From an archaeon (lineage in GTDB: Archaea > EX4484-52 > B79-G9), in assembly GCA_043813875.1 (NCBI GenBank), contig JBDRKP010000054.1:751-64750 (forward strand): 64,000 bases of DNA, read 5' to 3'. The translations under genes and the position numbers were made by a program. Each line of letters opens with the position of its first letter. Within the stretch, counting starts at the first letter, position 1. Positions 1-9,766 of this stretch are shown here, one piece after another. Under the pieces are notes generated by a model, which was not told the DNA's origin, ran no database searches, and was given only the letters and a program-made list of their open reading frames with translations.

Positions 1-105
1 TAGAAATTTTTCTTTCCATACCACCTAGGTGTCATATGACACATATATATCTTTCGGTCAAAAAAATAAAACAAAAAAACAATAAAAAAGAAAAAAGGAA
101 GATTT

Positions 106-852
106 CTATTTCTTCCCGACCCTCTCGATGGCCCGTAGCACCTCGAGCGGTATAGCGAAAATCACTGTATTGCTCTGATCGCTTGAGAGATCATTGATGC
201 TCTGGAGCGTCCTAAGGTGCAGCGCCCCGTCAGCCGAAGCAAGCGTCTTCGCCGCCTTCGCCAGATTATTTGCAGCAATAACTTCTCCTTCAGCCTTGAT
301 GATGACTGCTCTTCTCTCACGCTCAGCCTCTGCTCCTTTAGCCATCACTCTCTTCATCTCGCCAGGCAATTCAACATCCTTGAGATCGACAGAAGTCACC
401 TTGATACCCCATACATCGCTCTCTCTGTCAACAATCATCATTATTTTCTCAGCAACCTTGTCCCTCATCGAAAGAAGCTCATCAAGCGACACCTCTCCGA
501 TGACATTTCTCATGGTGGTCTGCGCAAGCTGGCTCATGGCATACATATAATCCTCAACAGAAATTATAGCCTTTGATGCATCCGAAATCTTATAATACAC
601 CACCGCATTCACACGCGCAGAAACATTATCCTTTGTGATGGCCTCCTGCGACGGCACATCGATTGTCTTCACACGAAGATCCACCTTCTGCATAGACTGA
701 AAAATCGGCAGCACAATCCTCCATCCAGGATTCATCATATGCGAATACCTTCCCATCGTAAAAAGTATTCCCCGCTCATACTCATAAATCTGCCTGATGC
801 TGATGATGAGTATAAACACCGCTCCACCTAAAAAAAGTATCTCAAACGCCAT
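106..852 (-). CDS. SPFH/band-7 (stomatin/prohibitin-like) membrane protein
   Basis: N-terminal TM helix followed by an SPFH domain, then a C-terminal coiled-coil (AEAERERRAVIIKAEGE). The ORF track starts at 861 on a GTG; the ATG at about 852 is the likely start. Confidence 0.8.
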   Translation of the reverse strand: MAFEILFLGGAVFILIISIRQIYEYERGILFTMGRYSHMMNPGWRIVLPIFQSMQKVDLRVKTIDVPSQEAITKDNVSARVNAVVYYKISDASKAIISVEDYMYAMSQLAQTTMRNVIGEVSLDELLSMRDKVAEKIMMIVDRESDVWGIKVTSVDLKDVELPGEMKRVMAKGAEAERERRAVIIKAEGEVIAANNLAKAAKTLASADGALHLRTLQSINDLSSDQSNTVIFAIPLEVLRAIERVGKK

Positions 853-944
853 ACAATCCACCTCGCCATATTTTGATCGGTTCTATTCATTTGTATTTAA
901 TAATATATTGTCAGAATACTATATATAATCGATATATTCAAGTG

Positions 945-1961
945 ATGACAATGTTTTCAAAGATGCCTCAGGTTCCAAGAAAAGACGAGCTGTTAAACAA
1001 AGCCTTCTCCCACGCCAGAACCGTAAAAAAGACAATAGACCCTCATGACCGCATAAACTCGATCCGTGAATACGAACAGAACAAAATAAACACATCTTCC
1101 ACCGTCATAAACACCACACTCCATAACATTCTTGCAAAAACCCCTCAGACCTCGGAACTGGACGAGTTCTATCAGAACCTCGTAGCATTAGTCATCGACA
1201 TCAATCAATTCAAGAAATCCCTTGCTGCACTCAAATGGGCGATCGGCTTCAACAAAGAGCTCGAACACAAATACCGCCGGCGCATAAAAGGCGCCCCCTT
1301 AAAATCCATTGCACCGATACGGAAAGAATACTATGGCCGCCTCTCATCTGTAGTGAAACAGATACAAGATGACCTCATCTTCCTTGAAGAATGCCGCAAG
1401 GTCCTAAAAAAGCTGCCCATACTCAAGAACCTGCCAACCGTAGTCATCGCCGGCTACCCTAACGTAGGCAAGTCCTCCCTCTTGAAATCCTTGACCGGCG
1501 CAGAACCTGAGATAAAGAATTACCCTTTCACCACAAAAAAGATCCTTGTTGGCTCAATAGACGAAAAAGTACAGATGATCGACACCCCTGGCTTGCTTGA
1601 CCGCCTGCCGGACGAAAGAAACCAGATAGAGCGCCATGCCATGCTCGCGCTCCGATACAAGGCGGGTCTCATACTATTTCTCATCGATGCGACAGAATCC
1701 TGCGGCTACCCGCTGGCAAAACAGGCCTTGTTATGCGAACACATAAGCAGAGAATTCAAGAATATCCCGATAATCATCTGCATGACAAAATCCGAACTCC
1801 TCAAAGAAAAAGACAGCAAAAAGAATGCTTTAGGCAATACGATTTATATCTCGTCAAAGACCGGCGAAAATATTGAGCTTCTAAGAAAATTACTTCTAAG
1901 ATCAGTTGATTGGAAGACATACCAGTTCAGAATAAAGGATAAATCTGATTTCGGACAATAA
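945..1961 (+). CDS. NOG1-family GTPase (archaeal nucleolar GTP-binding protein 1 homolog)
   Basis: G1 motif GYPNVGKSS, DTPG, and CMTKSEL (NKxD-like), with a NOG1-type N-terminal region. The ATG at about 945 is preferred over the track's TTG at 873. A TATA-like run at 921-938 lies just upstream. Confidence 0.7.
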   Translation: MTMFSKMPQVPRKDELLNKAFSHARTVKKTIDPHDRINSIREYEQNKINTSSTVINTTLHNILAKTPQTSELDEFYQNLVALVIDINQFKKSLAALKWAIGFNKELEHKYRRRIKGAPLKSIAPIRKEYYGRLSSVVKQIQDDLIFLEECRKVLKKLPILKNLPTVVIAGYPNVGKSSLLKSLTGAEPEIKNYPFTTKKILVGSIDEKVQMIDTPGLLDRLPDERNQIERHAMLALRYKAGLILFLIDATESCGYPLAKQALLCEHISREFKNIPIIICMTKSELLKEKDSKKNALGNTIYISSKTGENIELLRKLLLRSVDWKTYQFRIKDKSDFGQ

Positions 1962-2312
1962 TTCATCTAGAATTCATCTAGATATGGATGCTGTTAGTCA
2001 TAAAGTATAACCCTATCTATTCGAGCTCTGCGCTATGCTATTGTGCCATCTGTTTGATAGTCGTATAAACAATTAACAGGAAAATGCGAAACATCGCAGA
2101 TTAAAATAAAACACAATAAATCGCGCACAGAAGAAGAGTATAATATTAACTGAGTGTAAGAGGGATCACAAGGACCCCATCTCACATCCCAGTAAGGGAG
2201 ATAAAACAAATATGAACTTGTTTTTAATTAACTCACATAAGTTAATTCTTATATTGGATGGAAAACTATATATATTTTTCTATTGTTTTTCAAAAAACCC
2301 GGGTTAAAGAAT

Positions 2313-3359
2313 TCATTCAAAACCGTGCTTTTTAGGTTTTTGGAGGTCAAAGCTAACGATTTTGTCATATTTGTTAACATTAAACAGACCGTCGATGAAT
2401 TTTTCAACAACCCATATATTTGTCTCAGTATGCTTCGTGATCTCTGACGTCTTGATACTGCCGCCAGAGATAGCGAGAATTGGTATTAGCTGGTCGCATA
2501 GATATTTATCGACACATGCTTTTGCCTTCAATTCATCAATAAGTTGAAGTGCTGCCTCTTCACCGATCGATTCAGCCCTCTTGCCGGGTTCACCGACAGC
2601 TGACGCGCCAAGATACATATCCCCTCCGGTAAAGAGAACAATACCTGCTCCGGGAGAAACAGAATCAACATAAGTCTGTTCAATATCGACTTTACCGGAA
2701 ATATTCGCCTCTTCAAGCCTCTTTTTTGCGCTCTCTGCCTGCCTCAAAGCCACGTCTCTGCCCTCAAGCTCGCTTGAAGCGACACTCAGCCCGGAAATAT
2801 CTGCCTTCTCAGAAAAATGAATAATATCCGCGCATCTTGGTTTAGGCGGCCTTATCTCGACACGCACACGCCCCCCCCCTTTTGGATAGAACCCGTGCCG
2901 CATGACCTCTGCATTGACATCAAATCCGAACCTGGCAATCGCCCGTGAGAACACATTCTGTATATATGTCATCGGTGGAGCCCACTTACCGAAACTTGCC
3001 CCCCCGTCGATTTCTATCCTGATATTCTCTTTGGCTCTTGCAGCAGCTATGATGATCGGCTGGACAACAAGCCCAACAGATCCTGCAGTAGGTATTTTCA
3101 CCTTGATATCATTTTTCAGATCCTTTCCCGGCAAAAACTCCGCCGTCTTTGAACCCACGAAAACTCCCTTGGTCCTGGCAGAACATAGCTTGGCTGCAGC
3201 ATTGATTGCGCACACATGCTGCCACGAAAGTCCGGGATTAGGCCTGTTTGCGCGTATATTCTCTATTCTTGTATCTTTCAGAAAAAGCGCCGAAAGCCCG
3301 ACAGCAGTCCTGACAATCTGCCCTCCGCCCTCATGATATGATCCGTCAATAACAATCAT
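2313..3359 (-). CDS. rtcA: RNA 3'-terminal phosphate cyclase
   Basis: N-terminal IDGSYHEGGGQIVRTA signature and full-length RtcA architecture of about 340 aa. Confidence 0.9.
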   Translation of the reverse strand: MIVIDGSYHEGGGQIVRTAVGLSALFLKDTRIENIRANRPNPGLSWQHVCAINAAAKLCSARTKGVFVGSKTAEFLPGKDLKNDIKVKIPTAGSVGLVVQPIIIAAARAKENIRIEIDGGASFGKWAPPMTYIQNVFSRAIARFGFDVNAEVMRHGFYPKGGGRVRVEIRPPKPRCADIIHFSEKADISGLSVASSELEGRDVALRQAESAKKRLEEANISGKVDIEQTYVDSVSPGAGIVLFTGGDMYLGASAVGEPGKRAESIGEEAALQLIDELKAKACVDKYLCDQLIPILAISGGSIKTSEITKHTETNIWVVEKFIDGLFNVNKYDKIVSFDLQKPKKHGFE

Positions 3360-3424
3360 GATATAGATATCTCTGCTATAAATAAAAAGTTAATCATGCA
3401 ATTTCCTTGTGTGAGTTGATTGAG

Positions 3425-4501
3425 ATGGACATCGAGACAAAAATGGCTCTGGCCCGCGAGGTAGGAGAAGAGATAATAACTGAAGATGAGCTGCGCTCCC
3501 TCTTTGAGACAAAAACGCATCCTATTGCCTACGATGGCTTCGAGCCGTCCGGAAAGATGCACATAGCTCAAGGTATACTGCGCGCGATAAACGTGAACCG
3601 GATGACGAAATCTGGAGTCAGATTCAAGATTCTTGTGGCAGACTGGTTCGCCTGGATGAATAACAAGATGGGTGGTGACCTTGAGAAAATAAGGACCACG
3701 GGCGATTACTTCATAGAGATGTGGAAAGTGCTTGGGATGGACTTGAAGAACGTCGAGTTTATCTGGTCAAAGGACCTTGTGAGACAAGAAGGACATTGGA
3801 AAACCACGATAGATATTGCAAGAGTTTCGACCGTTACAAGAATGCTTCGATGCTCTCAGATTATGGGTAGGCATGAGACTGAGACGTTAAGCGCCGCCCA
3901 GATAATCTATCCCTGTATGCAGGCAGCAGACATATTCCACCTGAAAGCGGATATCTGCCAGCTTGGGATGGATCAGCGAAAAGTCAATATTCTTGCGCGT
4001 GAAGTAGGCCCTAAGTTAGGGTTTTGGAAGCCCGTTTGCGTGCATCATCATATGTTGCTTGGTCTGCCTCCGCCCAGAACCTCTGCCTCCGATCCTTCAG
4101 AGCGGATTCTTGACCTGAAGATGTCAAAATCGAAACCAGATTCCGCGATATTCATGACAGATTCAACTGAGGACATAAAGCGCAAGATTTCAAAGGCATA
4201 TTGTCCTGAAAGAGAACTAAAAGAGAACCCGATAATGGAGTATGCGCAGTATCTCATATTCCCTAAATATGATTCCTTTAAGATTGAGCGTCCTGCAAAA
4301 TTCGGTGGCGACTTGGAAATCATGAATTTCGATGAATTGAGCGCCCTATATTGTAAAGGTAAGATCCACCCGATGGACTTGAAGCAGTCTGTGTCAAGAT
4401 ACATAGACGCAATGATTGAGCCGGTACGCACTCATTTTGAAAAGAACAAGAAAGCAAGATCGCTTCTGGAACAGGTCCAGTCCTACCAGACAACGCGATA
4501 G
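3425..4501 (+). CDS. tyrS: Tyrosyl-tRNA synthetase, archaeal type
   Basis: Aligns residue by residue with M. jannaschii TyrRS (GFEPSGKMH, KMSKS, and a C-terminal ...AYCP...NPIME...RPAKFGGDLE...HPMDLK). The track's TTG start at 3407 is probably an extension; the ATG at about 3425 gives MDIETKMAL. TATAAATA at about 3377. Confidence 0.85.
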   Translation: MDIETKMALAREVGEEIITEDELRSLFETKTHPIAYDGFEPSGKMHIAQGILRAINVNRMTKSGVRFKILVADWFAWMNNKMGGDLEKIRTTGDYFIEMWKVLGMDLKNVEFIWSKDLVRQEGHWKTTIDIARVSTVTRMLRCSQIMGRHETETLSAAQIIYPCMQAADIFHLKADICQLGMDQRKVNILAREVGPKLGFWKPVCVHHHMLLGLPPPRTSASDPSERILDLKMSKSKPDSAIFMTDSTEDIKRKISKAYCPERELKENPIMEYAQYLIFPKYDSFKIERPAKFGGDLEIMNFDELSALYCKGKIHPMDLKQSVSRYIDAMIEPVRTHFEKNKKARSLLEQVQSYQTTR

Positions 4502-6103
4502 TTAGTATTTTTGTTCATCCATTCTTCATATTCTGTATGTTCTCTCTGTAATTCTAATGATTTTACTCACTAAATTCTCACATTTATCTGCAATTTTTTC
4601 AAAAATTCTCTATTTCCTGTGTATTTTCTTTGGTTTTGTGTTCATTTCGACATATTGTTTCTTCATGTGAATTCACTTTCAATTCATGCAGTATATTTGT
4701 CTATGGCTGTGTTCTGATTCAAAACATTCATCTTCATTGCGATGAATATCACGTATCTTCATGTTTTACGGATATTCTTCGTGAATGATATCTGTTTCGT
4801 TAGTAGTTTGCTCTATTGCCGCAGAAATTTATTTATGGGTAATAATTCCTAAAAAAGTGTTATGGCTATGATCCTTATTTTTGGTCTGAGTTATCTCTTT
4901 TGAGTATAGCAATTCCGATGCTATTCCAACTCAGATGCGATTTGTATTTCCGCCTCAATATTCCTTTATCTTGTTGTTTATGTTGCTCTTAGTATGCTTC
5001 TTTTTTTTTTGTGTCATCTCCCGTTAGAGTCAACAGTGATTATTTTGGTTGGTCACATACTCATTTTGAGTGAAGTCGATGTATATGGAAATCGCAGTCA
5101 TTCAGCCGAAATATTGCTTTTTGCTATCTTATGCATGATTCGTATGATGCGTGTCTCACATTTGTTCTGGCAATTATTGATTGTGCGTGCTCTTGTGAAT
5201 TTTATTTGTTCTTTCTTTTGTGATATGATCTTGCAGGTTACCTTGTTTCTCATCCCGCTGTATTCTCTGCGGCTCTCCATATCCTCATTGATGGTAGTTT
5301 GATTTATGATTGAGGTCATTGATTTGGTGACTTACGCTGATGCTATGTGTGTTTTGTTCTCTGTTTAAAAAAGTGGCTTTTGGTCTTTGGCATTATTTTT
5401 TAATCGTAAACTGTCTTGTGATCGTCTCTTCATGAACTTGTCCTCGGACAATCAACCTTCTTTTTGAACGGTTGCCATAATGCTTGTTCTTTTTATTCGG
5501 GGTCTTCATAATTTCCAGTTATTATCCGATACTATCTGTGGTTACGAGGGCAAAAGTATCTGTTTTTTTATTTTGTATTTGTATGTATTTTATTGTTGGA
5601 TTATATTTGGGATAATTGGCTTATTTACAATCCTGTCTCCCGCATTAATATGATTATAGACCCCCGTAACGGGGTTACTATCTCTGTTTACTCGCGGGTA
5701 TTTTTATCGCCCTTGTCCGTTACTATCCGATACTATCTTTCCTAGTATCTATGGTTACTATAGATACTGCTCTATTGTTATCGTTTTTAAAGTAACGGAT
5801 ATGTTTGGTTATTTGTGCGCAGGCTATCGTTTTTCTTATGGTGGTTACTGTATCGGATACTATCGATATTATCGATATCATGGTAACCGATACTATCCAT
5901 TACTCTTATTTGTGTCTTTTTCATTGCCTATGATGCCTCTCTTGTCAATGAAAAAGCTTGAAATCCGCCAATCATACCGAAATTTCATGATTTTTCAATA
6001 AACTCTTATAAAAAACAGTATCTATAAGCCTATTTGTATGCTAGTAACCGTGGTTACCATTATGAGAAACCATATTATGTGTCTATTGCTATCGGTAACG
6101 GCT
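4502..6103. repeat. 1.6-kb AT/T-rich non-coding region with an iteron array (GGTTACTAT / CCGATACTATC / GGTAACC units, at least 8 copies between about 5520 and 6110)
   Basis: Direct reading shows no long ORF apart from a Tyr-rich repeat artefact. The motifs CCGATACTATC occur at about 5524, 5718, 5856 and 5890. GGTTACTAT/GTAACGG/GGTAACC occur at about 5672, 5745, 5800, 5842, 5883, 6048 and 6095. Confidence 0.5.
5950..5997. repeat. 48-bp palindromic intergenic element, copy 1 (A5-GCTTGAAAT-loop-ATTTCATGA-T5)
   Basis: GAAAAAGCTTGAAATccgccaatcataccgAAATTTCATGATTTTTCA. The TGAAAT/ATTTCA stem is flanked by A5 upstream and T5 downstream, so it is symmetric on both strands. Confidence 0.55.
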
Positions 6104-6808
6104 CTATTGGTTGTATAATAATGTTGCTTTGACAGAATTAGGTATGTTGAGCAACTTCTTGTTTTGCGCAATATATTCTTCTATCGGGAATCCCGATTCT
6201 CTGATATCTCTGACATATACTTTGACTGTGTTGTATGTGAGTCCCATCTTAGTTGCGATTTGCTTATAGGATATGGGGCTTTCTGCATGAAGAAGTATGT
6301 TTACTAGCGCTCTTCGTGAATTAGGCAATTGCTCGAGTATTTCTGCAAGGGATGCTTTCGGTTCTGATTGTAATTTGGTTTCAAGTATCATTTCAGGATG
6401 GTCTTCTATATCTGTTTGAGCTAATGCGCTTATATTCAGTACTTCATGCCGCAATGCCTCTAGCTCTTCTTTCGTCACGATTTTTCTTGAGTACTTGTCA
6501 AGGCGCTCTCTGTTCTCGATAGCAAGCTGCCCCATTACCGCGAGGTCTGCGAATTTGGCATTCATCTGGTATACTGCCTCCATGATTTTTTTGATCCTGC
6601 CGTCATATCTGTCCATGCTGTCTTTATCCAGTTCAATCATATTGTGGATCTTCTTGATCTCGAGCGAAAGATCGTGTCTGAGCGCATCGTTTTCTTTGAT
6701 GATTTCAGTTGATATGTCCTTTTTGATATCTTCCTTTATCTTCTCTATATTGATCATTGGGCTGATGCTGCTTTTCTTTCTGCCGAACAAGAGGTCAAAT
6801 AATCCCAT
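6104..6808 (-). CDS. Coiled-coil protein with a C-terminal winged-HTH DNA-binding domain
   Basis: The N-terminal approximately 150 aa are charged coiled-coil. The C-terminus (LAEILEQLPNSRRALVNILLHAESPISYKQIATKMGLTYNTVKVYVRDIRESG) is MarR/ArsR-like wHTH. It sits next to the iteron array. Confidence 0.5.
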   Translation of the reverse strand: MGLFDLLFGRKKSSISPMINIEKIKEDIKKDISTEIIKENDALRHDLSLEIKKIHNMIELDKDSMDRYDGRIKKIMEAVYQMNAKFADLAVMGQLAIENRERLDKYSRKIVTKEELEALRHEVLNISALAQTDIEDHPEMILETKLQSEPKASLAEILEQLPNSRRALVNILLHAESPISYKQIATKMGLTYNTVKVYVRDIRESGFPIEEYIAQNKKLLNIPNSVKATLLYNQ

Positions 6809-6910
6809 TTTATCAACTGATTATATGTTCTTCGATGATTACTATAATTATGGGTGATATGATATATTAATAAATTTGCCTGAATAACCATGGTTTAGGA
6901 TGCGGTACCG

Positions 6911-8209
6911 ATGCTTGACATAAAACAGATTCGAAGTGACCCTGATCTCGTAAGAGCCAACCTGAAAAAAAGAAATGATCCTAGCTACATGAAGATGCTG
7001 GACGAGTTGATTGGATTCGATGTCCTGTGGCGCAAGAACCAGGCCGGTCTTGACAAAGAGAGGCACGAGCGCAATCGCATCGCCCTGGAGATATCGAACC
7101 TGAAAAAGGAAAAAAAAGACGCTGATGCCCTGATAAGGAGCATGAAATCCATATCAAGTTCCATAGAAAAAAAAGAAAAAGATATCGCAGACTTAAGGAA
7201 AAAAATGGATGGTATTCTCCATCGTCTCCCGAACCTTCTTCACGAATCAGTTCCCGTGGGATTAGACGACACACAAAATGTAGAAGTCCGACGATGGGGG
7301 ACACTAAAAAAGCCCTCTTTTAAGCTGAAAAGCCACAACGAACTCCTGGAATCCTTGGATCTGGCAGACATCGAGCGCGCAGCAAAAGTCTCCGGCGCCC
7401 GCTTCTACTACCTGAAGAACGATCTCGTCATGCTCGACTTCGCCCTCATGAAATTCGCACTCGACTTCCTCATAGGTCGTGGCTACACGATAATGGAGAC
7501 TCCTCTCATGATAAGAAGAAAGCCCATGGAAGGCGCAGTCGCCTTATCCGACTTCGAGGACATGCTATACAAGATCGAAGGCGAAGACCTCTACATGATC
7601 GCCACATCAGAACACGCTCTTGCCGGCTATCACATGGACGAGACCCTGGACCCTAAGAGTCTGCCCCTAAAATACGCAGGCTTAAGCGCATGCTTCAGGA
7701 AAGAGGCCGGAAGCCACGGAAAGGACACGAAAGGCATATTCCGCGTCCACCAGTTCAACAAGATCGAGCAGTTCATATTCTCCACCCCCGAAACTTCGTG
7801 GGAAGAACACGAAAAGCTCATAAAGAACGCAGAATACCTCTTTCAGGCCCTTGAGTTGCCGTACCGTCTGGTGAACATCTGCACAGGCGACATCGGCACA
7901 GTCGCGGCAAAGAAATACGACCTGGAAGTCTGGATGCCGCACCAGAACGCATACCGTGAGATGGTCTCCTGCAGCAACTGCACCGACTACCAGTCAAGAA
8001 AACTGAACATCAGATACGGCAAAGAGGGCACAGAAAAAGAGTTGGTCCACACATTGAACTCGACAGCGATAGCTACCTCTCGCGCGATAGTCGCCATCCT
8101 TGAGAACAACCAGCAAAAAGACAGCACAGTATCCATCCCTAAAGTCCTCTGGCCCTACATGAACGGCAAGAAAGTGTTGGGTATTCCCTCCAAGAGCAAA
8201 AAGGAATAA
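6911..8209 (+). CDS. serS: Seryl-tRNA synthetase
   Basis: N-terminal coiled-coil arm (MLDIKQIRSDPDLVRANLKKR) followed by a class II catalytic core (FRKEAGSHGKDTKGIFRVHQFNKIEQ, GDIGTVAAKKYDLEVWMP). Confidence 0.95.
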   Translation: MLDIKQIRSDPDLVRANLKKRNDPSYMKMLDELIGFDVLWRKNQAGLDKERHERNRIALEISNLKKEKKDADALIRSMKSISSSIEKKEKDIADLRKKMDGILHRLPNLLHESVPVGLDDTQNVEVRRWGTLKKPSFKLKSHNELLESLDLADIERAAKVSGARFYYLKNDLVMLDFALMKFALDFLIGRGYTIMETPLMIRRKPMEGAVALSDFEDMLYKIEGEDLYMIATSEHALAGYHMDETLDPKSLPLKYAGLSACFRKEAGSHGKDTKGIFRVHQFNKIEQFIFSTPETSWEEHEKLIKNAEYLFQALELPYRLVNICTGDIGTVAAKKYDLEVWMPHQNAYREMVSCSNCTDYQSRKLNIRYGKEGTEKELVHTLNSTAIATSRAIVAILENNQQKDSTVSIPKVLWPYMNGKKVLGIPSKSKKE

Positions 8210-8359
8210 TGCCGGTTGCATCTTTATTTGCGCAAAATCAAACGTTATTTTTTTGGCTCATCAGCCGGCAAATAACTCTCAACTCTCAGCGCACAAATGT
8301 CGAAAATTGAGCGCTGCACAGTCTCGGTCCGTTATAGCATTTTTGTGCGTTTATATTTA

Positions 8360-8794
8360 TCAGCTTGCCTCGCCACTGAAGGATATCATGTATTTTATGT
8401 CTTTTGTGTCTTGCTTTGTGGACTTTATGATTTTTTCTTTTTCCGCTTTTTTTTCCATCTTACTGATGGTATTTCCAACATAATCCGATATACCATCGAA
8501 CGCGATCCTTTTATAACCGATGGGTTCGTAGTCTGTAAGCTCTGTGCCATTGCCATTATAGAAGTCTGGGAATGTGCTCTTATCTTCGCCATTTGTCTTT
8601 GCTATAGTATGCATCATATTTCTCCTCTCTAGATCTATGATTACTTTTTCGAGAGAGAGTCTGGACATGCCTCCATTAGCATATATTTCCAAAAATTTCG
8701 TTTCATCATTATTCGAAGAATCGCCGCGTATTGTTTCATATACTCCAATAGGTATGTATGTAGCTTCTTCTTCTCTAAATATCTCAATCTTCAT
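8360..8794 (-). CDS. Hypothetical protein
   Basis: A 144-aa ORF with no recognisable domain and plausible coding composition. Confidence 0.4.
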   Translation of the reverse strand: MKIEIFREEEATYIPIGVYETIRGDSSNNDETKFLEIYANGGMSRLSLEKVIIDLERRNMMHTIAKTNGEDKSTFPDFYNGNGTELTDYEPIGYKRIAFDGISDYVGNTISKMEKKAEKEKIIKSTKQDTKDIKYMISFSGEAS

Positions 8795-9337
8795 ACGTTA
8801 TCACCTCTAAAGACGTTGCATTATCTATTATGGGGAATTTTTAAATACTTATCGGTAGTTACAAAATATCTGGTGGCCTCGTTATATTTCTCCGCAAGAT
8901 ATCGTTTTACCCTTTCAGCATCCAATCAGTGGTCAAAAAAATCCCAAAGAAAATGTGAGAGTTAACAAGACATTTCTAAGCATTTGTTACATATGTTCAG
9001 AGCAAAACTAATCATTCTGAAGAAATTCAATGAAATCATCAAAGAACCTGCTGGCTCCTACCATCAGTCCAAAAATACATTCAGCGCAATAAAAACCGCA
9101 ACCAATCCCCCCCCCAAACCAGCAATTTTCCTCACAATTCAACTCAACCCTCATCCGGAAAATCTCCAAGAACCAGCAGCATGCTAAAGAAAACAACCGT
9201 CATATGAACACGTGACACATTAACTGTCAAAGTGCATTCATGTCTTCATCCAATCTTCATCAAAATTATGGGTTTTCATCAAAATTCAACCGATAACTAT
9301 AAATACTTTCATTACTAATATAGATACTATTACTACT

Positions 9338-9538
9338 ATGCATCATAGTAGTAAAAACGATTTTTTCGTTGATCCTATGGCAGACACATACAAGACCCTC
9401 AAAATCAAACAGGACATCCATGCGCGCCTCCTAACCTATCTGTCAAGAGAGCAACTCAGGAACGGCGGGCAGAGGATAACGATATGTGATGTCATGACAA
9501 AGCTTTTGGATATAGCAGAAGACAAAAAAAAGAACTGA
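9338..9538 (+). CDS. Small hypothetical protein (possible antitoxin-like) with a palindromic operator over its start
   Basis: A 66-aa ORF. A perfect 10-bp inverted repeat, TACTACTATGcaTCATAGTAGTA, spans the ATG at about 9326-9350. It is followed by an untracked roughly 50-aa ORF at about 9610-9762 (MNIDNRKEQVDYWLKNRDYALRSGRLKEVKRINKILSFYGHRKDLRDIAS). Confidence 0.35.
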   Translation: MHHSSKNDFFVDPMADTYKTLKIKQDIHARLLTYLSREQLRNGGQRITICDVMTKLLDIAEDKKKN

Positions 9539-9766
9539 TGCTCATTCTTATATCCTTGAGTTCATCTCGTTTGGTTGCTTTAGTATAGACGATTCAGAAC
9601 GGTGAGTGAAATGAATATAGATAACAGAAAAGAACAGGTAGATTACTGGCTAAAGAACAGGGATTATGCTTTGCGTAGCGGCCGGCTTAAGGAAGTGAAA
9701 CGCATAAACAAGATTCTCTCCTTCTACGGCCACAGGAAGGACTTAAGGGACATAGCCTCTTGATAT

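Noticed and set aside
2868-2880. A C9-10 homopolymer (also C9 at about 9108-9117) as a potential phase-variation tract
   Set aside because: The first lies in rtcA and simply encodes a Gly run (KGGGRVR). The second is non-coding with no adjacent contingency gene. There is no evidence of slipped-strand regulation.
5801-6001. A 66-aa Tyr/Arg-rich ORF (YRYYRYHGNRYY) inside the iteron region
   Set aside because: The periodic Tyr codons come directly from translating the ACTATC/GATACTATC iterons. It runs through copy 1 of the 48-bp element and is not a gene.
5500-6110. Possible CRISPR array suggested by many short repeats
   Set aside because: The units are 9-11 bp, occur in both orientations, are irregularly spaced, and have no uniform spacers. 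There is no cas gene nearby. They are better described as iterons.
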